In this document: piece by piece, positions 10,244 through 20,182 of the stretch
How positions within the stretch are numbered: position 1 is the stretch's first letter
Layout of the letters: each line of letters begins with the position of its first letter
NCBI GenBank assembly: GCA_012965425.1
Contig: DTSI01000155.1
Location: 55,157-119,156, forward strand
DNA length: 64,000 nucleotides
From: Methylococcaceae bacterium
GTDB lineage: Bacteria; Pseudomonadota; Gammaproteobacteria; Methylococcales; Methylomonadaceae
Reading direction: 5' to 3'
The notes under the pieces: model-generated
The model's database searches: none
Told to the model about the DNA's origin: nothing
Seen by the model: only the letters and a program-made list of their open reading frames with translations
Made by a program: the position numbers and the translations under genes

Positions 10244-10319
10244 CTACTGTAAAGTTTACCGATTTTTTAGCATAAGTCATTATATTTACTAACCATTTTA
10301 TAGCTATTAGGGGACCTGA

Positions 10320-12020
10320 GTGGCAACCATACACATTGATGCAGATCAAATCGTCAAAAAGAAACGTAAAGGCCCAAAAGGCCATTCCGTTGATTTATCC
10401 GCCCTTAGTGAGATTCAAAATCTTTTAGGGGATGAATCACGCCGTTCCGACCTACTGATTGAACATCTACATAAAATTCAGGACCGCTACCATCATATTT
10501 CTGATAAACACCTAACCGCCTTAGCACATGAAATGAACCTATCGACCGCAGAAGTCTTTGAGGTTGCAAGTTTCTATCACCATTTTGATGTTGTTAAAAC
10601 GGGAGAAACTCCCCCGCCGCCCTTAACCGTTCGTGTTTGTGAATCTATTTCTTGTGAGCTAGCCGGTGCTAAAAATTTGCTCTCTACCCTCCAAAAAACA
10701 CTGGGTGACAATGTCCGTGTACAACCGGTTCCCTGTGTGGGACGTTGTCAAGAGGCACCCGTTACGGTTGTTGGTCAAAATCCAATTGCCACAGCAACGG
10801 TCGAAAAAACCCTCTCCGCCATTGAGACTAACCAAATTAACGCCCCGATAGCCGACTATATTAGCCGTGAACAATATGAACAAGAGGGCGGCTACCAAAC
10901 ATTACAAAGCTGCCTTGATGGTCAACGTGACCCAGAACATATCATTACCCTCATGGAAAATTCTGGCTTACGCGGTTTAGGCGGCGCAGGTTTTCCTGCA
11001 GGCAAAAAATGGCGAATTGTCAAAGGCTACCAAGGTCCCAGAATGATGGCCATAAATATCGACGAAGGCGAACCTGGCACTTTTAAAGATCGTCACTATC
11101 TTGAACGGGACCCGCACCGATTTCTTGAAGGCATGTTAATTGCCGCCACTATTGTTGATTGCGCTGAAATATATATTTATTTACGAGACGAATATGCCGG
11201 TTGCCGACACATTCTGACCCAAGAAATTCAGATCTTAAAAGACAACCCACCGTCTGAATCCCATCAACTGCCTAATATACAACTCCGTCGAGGTGCGGGG
11301 GCTTATATCTGTGGCGAAGAATCTGCCATGATCGAATCCATAGAAGGTAAACGCGGTATGCCGCGTCTGCGCCCACCTTATTTAGCCGAAATTGGTTTAT
11401 TTAACCGACCCACGCTTGAACACAACATGGAAACCGTTTTCTGGGTTCGAGATATCATTGAAAAAGGCCCGGAATGGTTTAGCTCACACGGACGTCATGA
11501 CCGTAAAGGCTTACGCTCTTTTTCCGTTTCCGGGCGCGTCCAGAAACCCGGTGTCCACCTCGCCCCAGCCGGCATCACCATCAAAGAACTGATCGAAGAA
11601 TACTGTGGCGGTATGCAAGCCGGTCATAAATTCTACGGTTACTTTCCCGGCGGGGCTTCCGGTGGGATTTTACCCGCCTCTCTGGGCGATATCCCACTTG
11701 ATTTTGATACGCTCAATCAGTACGGTTGCTTTATCGGCTCTGCTGCGATCATTATTTTTTCCGACCAAGATAGTGCCAAAGACTGCGCTATTAACGCCAT
11801 GAAATTCTTTGAAGAAGAGTCCTGTGGTCAATGTACCCCTTGTCGCGTAGGAACCAGTAAAGCCGTTGGACTCATGGAACAATCTCAATGGGACACTGAA
11901 CTACTGGAAGAACTCTCATCGGTCATGTGCGATGCTTCAATCTGTGGTCTAGGACAAGCCGCACCTAATCCATTACGTAGTATTATCAAATACTTCCCTG
12001 ACGAATTAACGTCTTCATAA
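10320..12020 (+). CDS. fdsB: NAD-dependent formate dehydrogenase beta subunit (fused NuoE-like and NuoF-like diaphorase)
   Basis: 566 aa with a GTG start. An N-terminal NuoE-type 2Fe-2S domain (CESISC...CVGRC) is followed by NuoF motifs: GLRGLGGAGFPAGKKW and the 4Fe-4S motif ESCGQCTPCR. Confidence 0.85.
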   Translation: MATIHIDADQIVKKKRKGPKGHSVDLSALSEIQNLLGDESRRSDLLIEHLHKIQDRYHHISDKHLTALAHEMNLSTAEVFEVASFYHHFDVVKTGETPPPPLTVRVCESISCELAGAKNLLSTLQKTLGDNVRVQPVPCVGRCQEAPVTVVGQNPIATATVEKTLSAIETNQINAPIADYISREQYEQEGGYQTLQSCLDGQRDPEHIITLMENSGLRGLGGAGFPAGKKWRIVKGYQGPRMMAINIDEGEPGTFKDRHYLERDPHRFLEGMLIAATIVDCAEIYIYLRDEYAGCRHILTQEIQILKDNPPSESHQLPNIQLRRGAGAYICGEESAMIESIEGKRGMPRLRPPYLAEIGLFNRPTLEHNMETVFWVRDIIEKGPEWFSSHGRHDRKGLRSFSVSGRVQKPGVHLAPAGITIKELIEEYCGGMQAGHKFYGYFPGGASGGILPASLGDIPLDFDTLNQYGCFIGSAAIIIFSDQDSAKDCAINAMKFFEEESCGQCTPCRVGTSKAVGLMEQSQWDTELLEELSSVMCDASICGLGQAAPNPLRSIIKYFPDELTSS

Positions 12021-12036
12021 AATCAATACAACGACT

Positions 12037-14808
12037 ATGGCCGCTAACCCAGAAACCACAAAAAACACCATAACCTTCTCACTGGACGGGGATCACATAG
12101 AAGCTGTTGCCGATGAGACCATTCTCGAGGCGGCAAAAAGACACGGTAAAGAAATTCCCCACCTCTGCTATCAAGAAGGTTTAAGAGCTGATGGAAACTG
12201 CCGGGCTTGCGTGGTTGAAATCGAAGGAGAACGTGTTTTAGCGCCCTCTTGCTGTAGAGCGCCTACTGAAAACATGCAAGTCAAAAGCCAGAGCGAACGG
12301 GCACTGAAATCACAGAAAATGGTTCTTGAACTGTTACTATCAGATATGCCGGAGCAGGGCCCCTCCCCTTACAAAAAAGATTCTGAGCTAGACCTCTGGG
12401 CTAATAAATTAGACGTTGCAACCCCCAGATTTCCCAGCCGTGCACAGCCTAAAGCAGACACCTCACACCCCGCCATGACGGTGAACCTAGATGCTTGTAT
12501 TCAATGTACACGCTGCGTCAGGGCTTGCCGTGAAGAACAAATGAATGATGTGATTGGCTACGCCAACCGCGGCAAACATTCTGAAATTGTCTTTGATATT
12601 GCAGACCCCATGGGAGCCAGCAGTTGTGTGGGCTGCGGTGAATGTGTTCAGGCCTGCCCCACCGGAGCCCTGATGCCAGCCAATAATGTTGGGCTGGAAG
12701 AAATTGATAAAACAGTTGATTCAATCTGCCCGTATTGCGGCGTCGGTTGCTTAATCAAATACCATATCAAAGACAATAAAATCATGTATACCGAAGGTCG
12801 TGACGGTTATACCAATCACTACCGATTATGTGTTAAAGGTCGTTTCGGGTTTAATTATATTGACAATCCATTACGGTTAACAACCCCACTGATCCGACGT
12901 GAAGGTGTTGCTAAAACTACTGAGCTGCTCGATCCCGATAATATTCATGAGGTCTTTCGCGAAGCCACATGGGATGAGGCCCTTGATTTTGCAGCCCATG
13001 GCTTTTTATCCATCCGCGACAATATCGGCAATAACGCTTTAGCAGGCCTCGGTTCAGCCAAAGGTAGTAATGAAGAAGCCTACCTTTTTCAAAAACTAAT
13101 TAGAACTGGATTTGGCTCAAATAATGTTGACCACTGCACGCGTCTTTGCCATGCCTCATCGGTTGTTGCCTTATTAGAATGCCTAGGCTCCGGTGCGGTC
13201 TCTAATCCTGTTTCCGATGTCAGTGAAGCCGAAGTCATTATCATTATCGGTTCAAATCCAACGGTCAATCACCCCGTTGGCGCCACCTTCATGAAAAATG
13301 CCAGTAAAAATGGCACTCAAATAATCTTAATCGATCCGGCCAAAACAGATATCGCCAAATACGCGACCTATTCCTTACAATTCAGACCCGATACCGATGT
13401 CGCATTACTCAATGCCATGATGTATACCATTTTGGAAGAACAACTCCAAGATGATGACTATATTAATACCCATACTGAGAATTTCGAGGTCATGGGGGAT
13501 CATATCGCCGATTACAGCCCCGAAAAGGTGGCCCCAATCTGCGGAATTAATGCCGAAACTATTCGAGAAGTTTCCAGACTTTATGCAAATTCCAAGGCTT
13601 CTATGATTTTTTGGGGCATGGGCGTTTCTCAACATATCCATGGGACCGATAATGCGCGTTGTCTGATATCACTGGCCTTAATGACCGGACAAATAGGACG
13701 ACCTGGCACCGGCCTACACCCATTAAGAGGTCAGAACAACGTTCAAGGCGCTTCCGACGTGGGGCTTATACCCATGGTTTTTCCTGATTATCTCCCGGTC
13801 AGCGATCCTGAAAACCGTGAAAAATTTGAACAACTCTGGCAAACACCACTCAGTGCTGAAGCTGGGCTCACGACCGTAGAAATGATTCATGAAATCCTTC
13901 ATGGAAACGTTCACGGCATGTATGTCGAAGGTGAAAACCCAGCCATGTCTGACCCCAACCAGAATCATGCCAGAAAAGCCTTTGCAGCCTTAAACCATTT
14001 AGTTGTTCAGGATATTTTTCTAACCGAGACAGCTGGCTTTGCCGATGTTATTTTGCCTGCTTCTGCTTTTTACGAGAAGAACGGTACCTTTTCCAATACT
14101 GACCGACGCGTTCAGATGGGTCGTCAAGCCGTGACTCCGCCAGGTCAAGCAAAACAAGACTTATGGATTATCCAAGAAATAGCCAAACGGATGGGATTAA
14201 ACTGGAACTACCAAGGCCCTAAAGATGTTTTCAATGAAATGCGATTAGCCATGGACAGCATTGCAGGCATGACTTGGGAGCGTCTGGAACACGAAGATTC
14301 ACTAACTTACCCACTTGAGCAGGAAGGTGACCCCGGACAACCGATTATTTTTACCGATGGATTTCCAACCATTACCGGCCGAGGAAAATTTGTCCCCGCA
14401 TCCTACACGCAGGCCGATGAACTCCCTGATGAACACTTCCCTTTTATTTTTATTACCGGTCGACAACTTGAACATTGGCATACTGGCAGTATGACCCGCC
14501 ATTCAGAAACATTAAATGCCTTAGAACCCGATCCTGTCGTCTCACTCCACCCTGAAGACCTAGTAAAATTAGGAATCAGAGCCGGTGAAATTATTACCTT
14601 AGAGTCAAGGCGAGGTAAATTATCCGCCTATGCCAGAGCTGAAATGAGTATTCAAAAAGGGACTATTTTTATGGCTTTTTGCTACAACGAAGCCAGCGCT
14701 AATTTACTCACTAATGAAGCACTCGACCCCGCGGCTAAAATACCAGAATTCAAATTTTGTGCTATTAAAGCCTATTCAGGCACCCAAATAGACACTCGAA
14801 TTAATTAG
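12037..14808 (+). CDS. fdsA: formate dehydrogenase alpha subunit (molybdo/tungstopterin, Cys type)
   Basis: 923 aa. N-terminal 2Fe-2S and 4Fe-4S ferredoxin cysteine clusters (CRACVVEI; CIQCTRCVRAC; CVGCGECVQACP; CPYCGVGC). The active-site motif is HCTRLCHASSV, with Cys371 (TGC 13147-13149) where Sec-type enzymes carry U. Confidence 0.9.
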   Translation: MAANPETTKNTITFSLDGDHIEAVADETILEAAKRHGKEIPHLCYQEGLRADGNCRACVVEIEGERVLAPSCCRAPTENMQVKSQSERALKSQKMVLELLLSDMPEQGPSPYKKDSELDLWANKLDVATPRFPSRAQPKADTSHPAMTVNLDACIQCTRCVRACREEQMNDVIGYANRGKHSEIVFDIADPMGASSCVGCGECVQACPTGALMPANNVGLEEIDKTVDSICPYCGVGCLIKYHIKDNKIMYTEGRDGYTNHYRLCVKGRFGFNYIDNPLRLTTPLIRREGVAKTTELLDPDNIHEVFREATWDEALDFAAHGFLSIRDNIGNNALAGLGSAKGSNEEAYLFQKLIRTGFGSNNVDHCTRLCHASSVVALLECLGSGAVSNPVSDVSEAEVIIIIGSNPTVNHPVGATFMKNASKNGTQIILIDPAKTDIAKYATYSLQFRPDTDVALLNAMMYTILEEQLQDDDYINTHTENFEVMGDHIADYSPEKVAPICGINAETIREVSRLYANSKASMIFWGMGVSQHIHGTDNARCLISLALMTGQIGRPGTGLHPLRGQNNVQGASDVGLIPMVFPDYLPVSDPENREKFEQLWQTPLSAEAGLTTVEMIHEILHGNVHGMYVEGENPAMSDPNQNHARKAFAALNHLVVQDIFLTETAGFADVILPASAFYEKNGTFSNTDRRVQMGRQAVTPPGQAKQDLWIIQEIAKRMGLNWNYQGPKDVFNEMRLAMDSIAGMTWERLEHEDSLTYPLEQEGDPGQPIIFTDGFPTITGRGKFVPASYTQADELPDEHFPFIFITGRQLEHWHTGSMTRHSETLNALEPDPVVSLHPEDLVKLGIRAGEIITLESRRGKLSAYARAEMSIQKGTIFMAFCYNEASANLLTNEALDPAAKIPEFKFCAIKAYSGTQIDTRIN

Positions 14809-14843
14809 GTCATTCAAATTTCTAAACCAATGGATACTCAATT

Positions 14844-14872
14844 AAAAGGTACCGTTACTGACGGTACCTTTT
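14844..14872. terminator. bidirectional rho-independent terminator between fdsA and iscA
   Basis: aaaaggtaccgt / tactg / acggtacctttt forms a perfect 12-bp stem that includes A4/T4 arms. It lies between convergent genes. Confidence 0.7.
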
Positions 14873-14879
14873 AGTGCGA

Positions 14880-15209
14880 CTAAACCGAAAAGCTCTCTCC
14901 ACAGCCACAAGCATCTTTCACATTAGGGTTATTAAAAACAAAGGCTTCATTAATGCCTTCTTGCCGATAATCCAACTCCAACCCTTTAATAAAAGAAAGA
15001 TGCTCTTCACTGACAATAACTTTAACCCCATAACCTTCATGAATGGAATCATTGTCAGTTAACACGTCTGCATAAGCTAAAGTATAGGCGTACCCAGTAC
15101 AGCCAGACTCTTTAACACCTAGCTTCAATCCTAACCCGTGACCGCGCTGCTCTAATTGACGCTTAATCTGTGTAGCCGCCCGCTCAGTTAATGTAATGGA
15201 ATTATTCAC
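14880..15209 (-). CDS. iscA: iron-sulfur cluster assembly A-type carrier (IscA/HesB family)
   Basis: 109 aa, nearly collinear with E. coli IscA (GLKLGVKESGCTGYAY ~ GLRLGVRTSGCSGMAY). The C-terminus is NPNVKDACGCGESFSV. Confidence 0.85.
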   Translation of the reverse strand: MNNSITLTERAATQIKRQLEQRGHGLGLKLGVKESGCTGYAYTLAYADVLTDNDSIHEGYGVKVIVSEEHLSFIKGLELDYRQEGINEAFVFNNPNVKDACGCGESFSV

Positions 15210-15307
15210 AATACCTCACTTGTCAATCTCACTTTATAAATAAAAAACAATTTTAGATTATACTTAAATTTTACTTTTAATGTTTTATTAGCAACACCTC
15301 AAAATAC

Positions 15308-16429
15308 TTAAGAATGATTTACGATCGATTTAAGTAAAACAATAAATTGATCGATTTCATCTTTAGTATTCATTTCTCCTAAACTAACTCTGACGGCACT
15401 TTTGGCTAAGGGCTCATTAACACCCATTGCCATCAAAACATGACTGGCTTCACCGCCACTGGCACAAGCCGAACCGCTCGACACGGCACAACCCTTTTTA
15501 TCTAACTGCATTAACATCATCTCGCCATCGGTTTTAGGTATAGCAAATTGTACGGTATTCGGTAATCGTTTGACCCGTTCGGAAAACAACATGACGCCCG
15601 GAATCTGACTGCGTAATTGCCCTTCTAAATAGTCTCTCAATTGTTTTAAAGACTCACTCCTTGTCATTAAAAATTGCTGAGCAAGTTCTGCTGCTTTGCC
15701 AAAACCAATAATGGCGGGCACATTCTCTGTTCCCGCTCTTACACCATGTTCCTGAGCCCCCCCCAACAATAACGGCATTAATGACGCAGGGTTACGCGCC
15801 ACTAAAGCACCAACACCCTTAGGCCCATAAATTTTATGACTGGAAAGGGAAAGCATATCCACATTTAATGTTGCTATATCGACCGGTATTTTACCTAAGG
15901 CCTGGACCGCATCTGTATGTAAAATTATCGATGAATGGATGGCTTTAAAGTACTCTGCTATCCTAGCAACCGGTTGAATAACACCGGTTTCATTATTAGC
16001 CATCATCACTGATACAAAATTTAACCCCGCACCGAACCTTGATGGCGCCACCTCAAAATCAACCAGCCCCTGACTGTCTACAGCCAAATATTCAATCGCC
16101 AAAAGGTCGTTCAAGGATAACGCCGCCTCTAGCACTGATGGGTGTTCCGTTTTGGAAATAAAAATTTTTTTCACCGTAGGATTGGCTAATAACCCCTTAA
16201 TCGCTAAGTTATTAGCTTCTGTCCCGCCACTGGTAAAAATAACCTCAGACGGCTCCGCGCCTACCAGTGCTGCGACCTGACACCGTGCTGTTTCAATAGC
16301 ACTACGAACGACCCGACCCAGCCGATATAGACTGGATGGATTACCATAAAAAGAAGTCATATAAGGCTGCATTGCCTCTAAAACCCTTAGATCTACAGGC
16401 GATGTGGCATTATGGTCAAGATATATCAT
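15308..16429 (-). CDS. cysteine desulfurase, group I (IscS/NifS-like), lacking the IscS C-terminal tail
   Basis: 373 aa. PLP lysine in SSHKIYGPKG and active-site loop SSGSACASG. The protein ends about 25-30 aa before the E. coli IscS C-terminus. Confidence 0.9.
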   Translation of the reverse strand: MIYLDHNATSPVDLRVLEAMQPYMTSFYGNPSSLYRLGRVVRSAIETARCQVAALVGAEPSEVIFTSGGTEANNLAIKGLLANPTVKKIFISKTEHPSVLEAALSLNDLLAIEYLAVDSQGLVDFEVAPSRFGAGLNFVSVMMANNETGVIQPVARIAEYFKAIHSSIILHTDAVQALGKIPVDIATLNVDMLSLSSHKIYGPKGVGALVARNPASLMPLLLGGAQEHGVRAGTENVPAIIGFGKAAELAQQFLMTRSESLKQLRDYLEGQLRSQIPGVMLFSERVKRLPNTVQFAIPKTDGEMMLMQLDKKGCAVSSGSACASGGEASHVLMAMGVNEPLAKSAVRVSLGEMNTKDEIDQFIVLLKSIVNHS

Positions 16430-16492
16430 GGCTTAGTAGGCTTTTGGATAACAAAACTCTGGGCTATATTCAATTAATAAGTATGACTCATT

Positions 16493-17254
16493 TTAGAAGT
16501 CTCCTGAGCCATCATCAATCTCATGGACTTCTAACTCAGGAATAGGTTCTTCTTTATATTCAATACCGGCTTGATTAAGAACCTTCTTCATGCCTTCGAT
16601 TTGACCATCCAACAGATGAATATGATCCAACATTTGATTAATTGCATTAGAAACCGGGTCTGGAATGCCGTTCGTGGCGCCATAGGCATCAAAACCCATT
16701 TTATTGGCAATCGCATCACGTTTCGCACTGGGCTTCTTAGACCGCCGCTCAACAACATAGGCCGGAATGCCAACAACCGTGGCACCTTTGGGAACATCTT
16801 TCAATACCACTGAATTTGAGCCAATTCGAGCATTCTTTCCAACAACAATCGGTCCTAAGACCTTAGCGCCGGCGCCAATAACAACCCCATCTTTTAAACA
16901 AGGGTGTCGATTACCTTTTTTCCAAGCAGTCCCCCCTAACGTTACCCCATGATATAAGGTGCAATCATCCCCAATGATAGCAGTCTCACCGATCACCACC
17001 CCCATACCATGATCAATAAAGAAACGCCGACCAATTTGAGCACCTGGATGAATTTCTATACCGGTTACCCAGCGCGATAAATGCGCTACAAATCGCCCTA
17101 GCCACTTAAACTTCATCGCCCATAGCCAATGACTTAAACGATGTAATAATACGGCATGGAAGCCCGGATAAGTTGTCATAACTTCCCAAACGGAGTGCGC
17201 CGCAGGATCGCGGCCAAAAACACAATCAATATCTTCTTTTATTCGATTAAACAT
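16493..17254 (-). CDS. cysE: serine O-acetyltransferase
   Basis: 253 aa. SATase N-domain plus hexapeptide repeats ([34 protein letters not shown]). Confidence 0.9.
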   Translation of the reverse strand: MFNRIKEDIDCVFGRDPAAHSVWEVMTTYPGFHAVLLHRLSHWLWAMKFKWLGRFVAHLSRWVTGIEIHPGAQIGRRFFIDHGMGVVIGETAIIGDDCTLYHGVTLGGTAWKKGNRHPCLKDGVVIGAGAKVLGPIVVGKNARIGSNSVVLKDVPKGATVVGIPAYVVERRSKKPSAKRDAIANKMGFDAYGATNGIPDPVSNAINQMLDHIHLLDGQIEGMKKVLNQAGIEYKEEPIPELEVHEIDDGSGDF

Positions 17255-17262
17255 GAAATACC

Positions 17263-17982
17263 CTACTGTTTACGACCTTGAGACATTCGCAAAATACCGC
17301 GCAAAATATCTACTTCTCGAGTAGATAAACGACTTCGACCATATAACCGTCGAAGCCGGCGCATCACTGAATTAGACTGACCCGATTGAATAAAATCAAT
17401 AGCGGTCAATGTTTCCTGTAGATGTTGATAAAAACCTTCTATTTGTGCCGATGTTGCCAAAGGCTCAGGCGCTGACAATACTTCCTTTTCTGTTTGCTGA
17501 TTGGCCTTAGCAAACAATTCATAGGTAAATACCTGAACCGCTGCGGCAAGATTCAGTGAACTAAAATCCTTATTACACGGAATGCGAATTAAATACTGAC
17601 AACAATCCAGTTCCGCATTAGTCAACCCGGAATTTTCTCGCCCAAAAACCAATGCAACCTGATTAGTTTTAGCATCTTTGAGCGCTTGTTCTGCACATTG
17701 TTTAGCTGCTAAGGTTGGCCAGCCAATCGTTCTATCACGCGCACTTGCACCCATTACTATTTCACAATCAGCAATTGCTTCGGTTAATGTGTCACAAATA
17801 ACAGCGGAGGCTAAAATATCATCAGCACCCGATGCACGTGCGGTTGCATCCGCACTCGGAAATATCTTGGGTTTGACTAAATATAATTGAGACAATGCCA
17901 TGTTCTTCATCGCGCGCGCAATTGCCCCGATATTTCCAGGATGCGATGTTTCGACTAGAACAATTCTGATATTGGCTAACAA
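17263..17982 (-). CDS. trmJ: tRNA (cytidine/uridine-2'-O-)-methyltransferase TrmJ
   Basis: SpoU-class methyltransferase. [27 protein letters not shown] matches the E. coli TrmJ N-terminus ([14 protein letters not shown]). The TTG at 17982 with AAGGAA 6 nt upstream is preferred over the track TTG at 18009. Confidence 0.85.
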   Translation of the reverse strand: MLANIRIVLVETSHPGNIGAIARAMKNMALSQLYLVKPKIFPSADATARASGADDILASAVICDTLTEAIADCEIVMGASARDRTIGWPTLAAKQCAEQALKDAKTNQVALVFGRENSGLTNAELDCCQYLIRIPCNKDFSSLNLAAAVQVFTYELFAKANQQTEKEVLSAPEPLATSAQIEGFYQHLQETLTAIDFIQSGQSNSVMRRLRRLYGRSRLSTREVDILRGILRMSQGRKQ

Positions 17983-18065
17983 GGTTATTTCCTTATGCGA
18001 AATGTGCAAATTTTACCAAAATATTTGTTATCCTATAAGGTTTTTATAAACATAAAATTTATATT

Positions 18066-18860
18066 ATGCATCCAATGTTAAACATTGCTACTCGTGCTGC
18101 TCGAAGTGCTGGTGAGTTAATTCTACGCTCTACGGATAATATTGGTGCCTTAAAAGTACCCCAAAAAAGCAAAAATGGTTTTGCCTCTGAAATAGATAAA
18201 TCCGCTGAACGCGAAATTATCCGAATCATCAACAGCGCCTACCCAGATCACAGTATTATTGCCGAAGAAAGTGGTCACCACCCTGGAAATGACTATGTCT
18301 GGATTATTGACCCGCTTGATGGCACAACCAATTTTCTACATGGATTTCCGCAATACTCTATTTCCATTGCCTTAACCCACAAAGGAAAAATAACTCAGGG
18401 CGTCATTTTCGACCCGTTAAAGGATGAGCTATTTTGTGCCAGCCGCGGCGCCGGCGCTTTGCTCAATGACCGAAAAATTCGTGTTTCCCAACAAACGCAC
18501 TTACAAGGGTCACTGTTAGGGACTGGATTTCCTGTCAAACCCCTACAATACCTTGATGTTTATTTAGAAATGTTTAAAGCATTACATACCAATTCTGCAG
18601 GGATCCGTCGTACCGGTTCAGCCGCCTTAGACTTAGCCTACTTAGCTGCAGGCCGATTGGATGGTTTCTGGGAAATTGGCTTGCGTCCATGGAACATGGC
18701 TGCAGGGGTCTTATTAATACAAGAGGCTGGTGGCATCGTGACCGACTTCTCTTTCGACGACCACTTTATGAAAAGCGGTAATATTATTGCGGGTAATCCA
18801 AAAATGCATCAAATTATCTACAATACGATCAATCCACATATTACTGATGCCTTAAAATAA
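18066..18860 (+). CDS. suhB: inositol monophosphatase family protein SuhB
   Basis: 264 aa. Motifs WIIDPLDGTTNF and AAGRLDGFWE. Lies divergent from trmJ, as in enterics. Confidence 0.9.
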   Translation: MHPMLNIATRAARSAGELILRSTDNIGALKVPQKSKNGFASEIDKSAEREIIRIINSAYPDHSIIAEESGHHPGNDYVWIIDPLDGTTNFLHGFPQYSISIALTHKGKITQGVIFDPLKDELFCASRGAGALLNDRKIRVSQQTHLQGSLLGTGFPVKPLQYLDVYLEMFKALHTNSAGIRRTGSAALDLAYLAAGRLDGFWEIGLRPWNMAAGVLLIQEAGGIVTDFSFDDHFMKSGNIIAGNPKMHQIIYNTINPHITDALK

Positions 18861-18905
18861 TCAGCTGACTTCTTCTCAAACAAGGGCATCCGGATTTTCG
18901 GTTGA

Positions 18906-19337
18906 TTACGACACCGGCAAAGCAAACATGACCGCATCCTCACGACCATTCTCACTCGGATAATAGGCTTTCCTTTCGCCTATTTTCTTAAAGCCATACT
19001 TTTTATAAAGTGCAATCGCAGGTTTATTTGTTTTCCTCACTTCTAAGAGTAACGTATCAACAATCTTCTTTTCTCTAGCGGTTGCAATTATTTTATCTAA
19101 TAAGCGCGCGCCCCACCCAGCCCCCTGCGCATCGGGACTCACACAAAGATTCATAATATGCGCCTCATCAATACCAACAGCTAAAATCGCATAGCCGAAA
19201 ACATCATGTTCATCCTCACACACCCAGCAAGTGTAACCGGGAACAATCATGCAATCGACCAAGATACCACGAGTCCAAGGGTATTTATAAACTGTCTGCT
19301 CGAGCGCTAAAACAGCATCAATGTCTGTTGTTTCCAT
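18906..19337 (-). CDS. rimI: ribosomal-protein-alanine N-acetyltransferase
   Basis: GNAT fold. METTDIDAVLALEQ..YPW ~ E. coli LETTDLPAAYHIEQ..FPW, and YYPSENGREDAVMFALP ~ YYPTTDGREDAIIMALP. ATG 19337 is chosen; the longer track ORF to 19508 overlaps the upstream gene. Confidence 0.8.
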   Translation of the reverse strand: METTDIDAVLALEQTVYKYPWTRGILVDCMIVPGYTCWVCEDEHDVFGYAILAVGIDEAHIMNLCVSPDAQGAGWGARLLDKIIATAREKKIVDTLLLEVRKTNKPAIALYKKYGFKKIGERKAYYPSENGREDAVMFALPVS

Positions 19338-19456
19338 TTTACGGATACGCTTCAAACTTTCCGGATCAACTGAACCTGGAAAAATTTTGGCATAAAAATC
19401 TCTATCCGCATCAGATATGAAGAATTTCTTTACCTGTTCAATCAAAATGAGACCAA

Positions 19457-20167
19457 TCAATTTACGCCGTTCTTCAAACAATTCAATACCACCTGTAAAT
19501 CTAACCATGTTTTTCGTTTCTCTAAAGGTTGCCGTAATAAATAGGCTGGGTGCAAAATTGCAACCAGAGGAATTTCATTACGGTAATGTATTTTTCCACT
19601 CAATTGACTCAAAGGACTGTCGGTCGCAAGCAGTGCTTTTGCAGCAACTTCACCCACCGCCAAAATCATCTTGGGTTGAACCAATTTTATTTGCTGTTCT
19701 AAATAAACCAGACATTCATTCACTTCAGACGGTGCCGGGTCTCGACCCTCAGGTATCTTACATTTTATAATATTTGTCAGATAAACCTGTTCACGCGCCC
19801 AACCCATTGCCCTGATCATTTCTGTTAACAACTGACCGGATTGCCCGACAAAGGGGCCGCCTAACTGATCCTCTGTTTCATCCGGCGCACCGCCAATAAA
19901 CATCAAATCGGCATGACTATTGCCTTCACCCACTAATGCCTGAACCCGGTTTTGACAAATTGCACATCGTCGACAGTCTGTCACATTATCGGTAAGTATT
20001 TGCCAATTCAAGTCGTCATTATCAGCAACATAACGCTCTTTTGCTAATGCCCCTAAAGGAACGTTATCGTTTCGCAATTCTGATTCAATGACTGAATAAC
20101 GGTCGCGCGGGACCCAAACTTCAACCCCCATAATTGCTAAAAATTTGAGCCGCGTCCTTTGCTTCAC
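19457..20167 (-). CDS. uracil-DNA glycosylase family 4-like protein (variant active-site motif)
   Basis: 236 aa. Cys cluster CRRCAIC, then FIGGAPDETEDQLGGPFVGQSGQLL and HPAYLLR, which is the pattern of family-4 UDG / SPO1 DNA-polymerase-related proteins. Confidence 0.7.
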   Translation of the reverse strand: MKQRTRLKFLAIMGVEVWVPRDRYSVIESELRNDNVPLGALAKERYVADNDDLNWQILTDNVTDCRRCAICQNRVQALVGEGNSHADLMFIGGAPDETEDQLGGPFVGQSGQLLTEMIRAMGWAREQVYLTNIIKCKIPEGRDPAPSEVNECLVYLEQQIKLVQPKMILAVGEVAAKALLATDSPLSQLSGKIHYRNEIPLVAILHPAYLLRQPLEKRKTWLDLQVVLNCLKNGVN

Positions 20168-20182
20168 ACAGTCTCCTACCGA

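Noticed and set aside
19417-19770. 117-aa plus-strand ORF spanning the rimI / UDG-like junction
   Set aside because: It is antisense to two supported genes and shows no motif. The apparent length is a by-product of codon bias.
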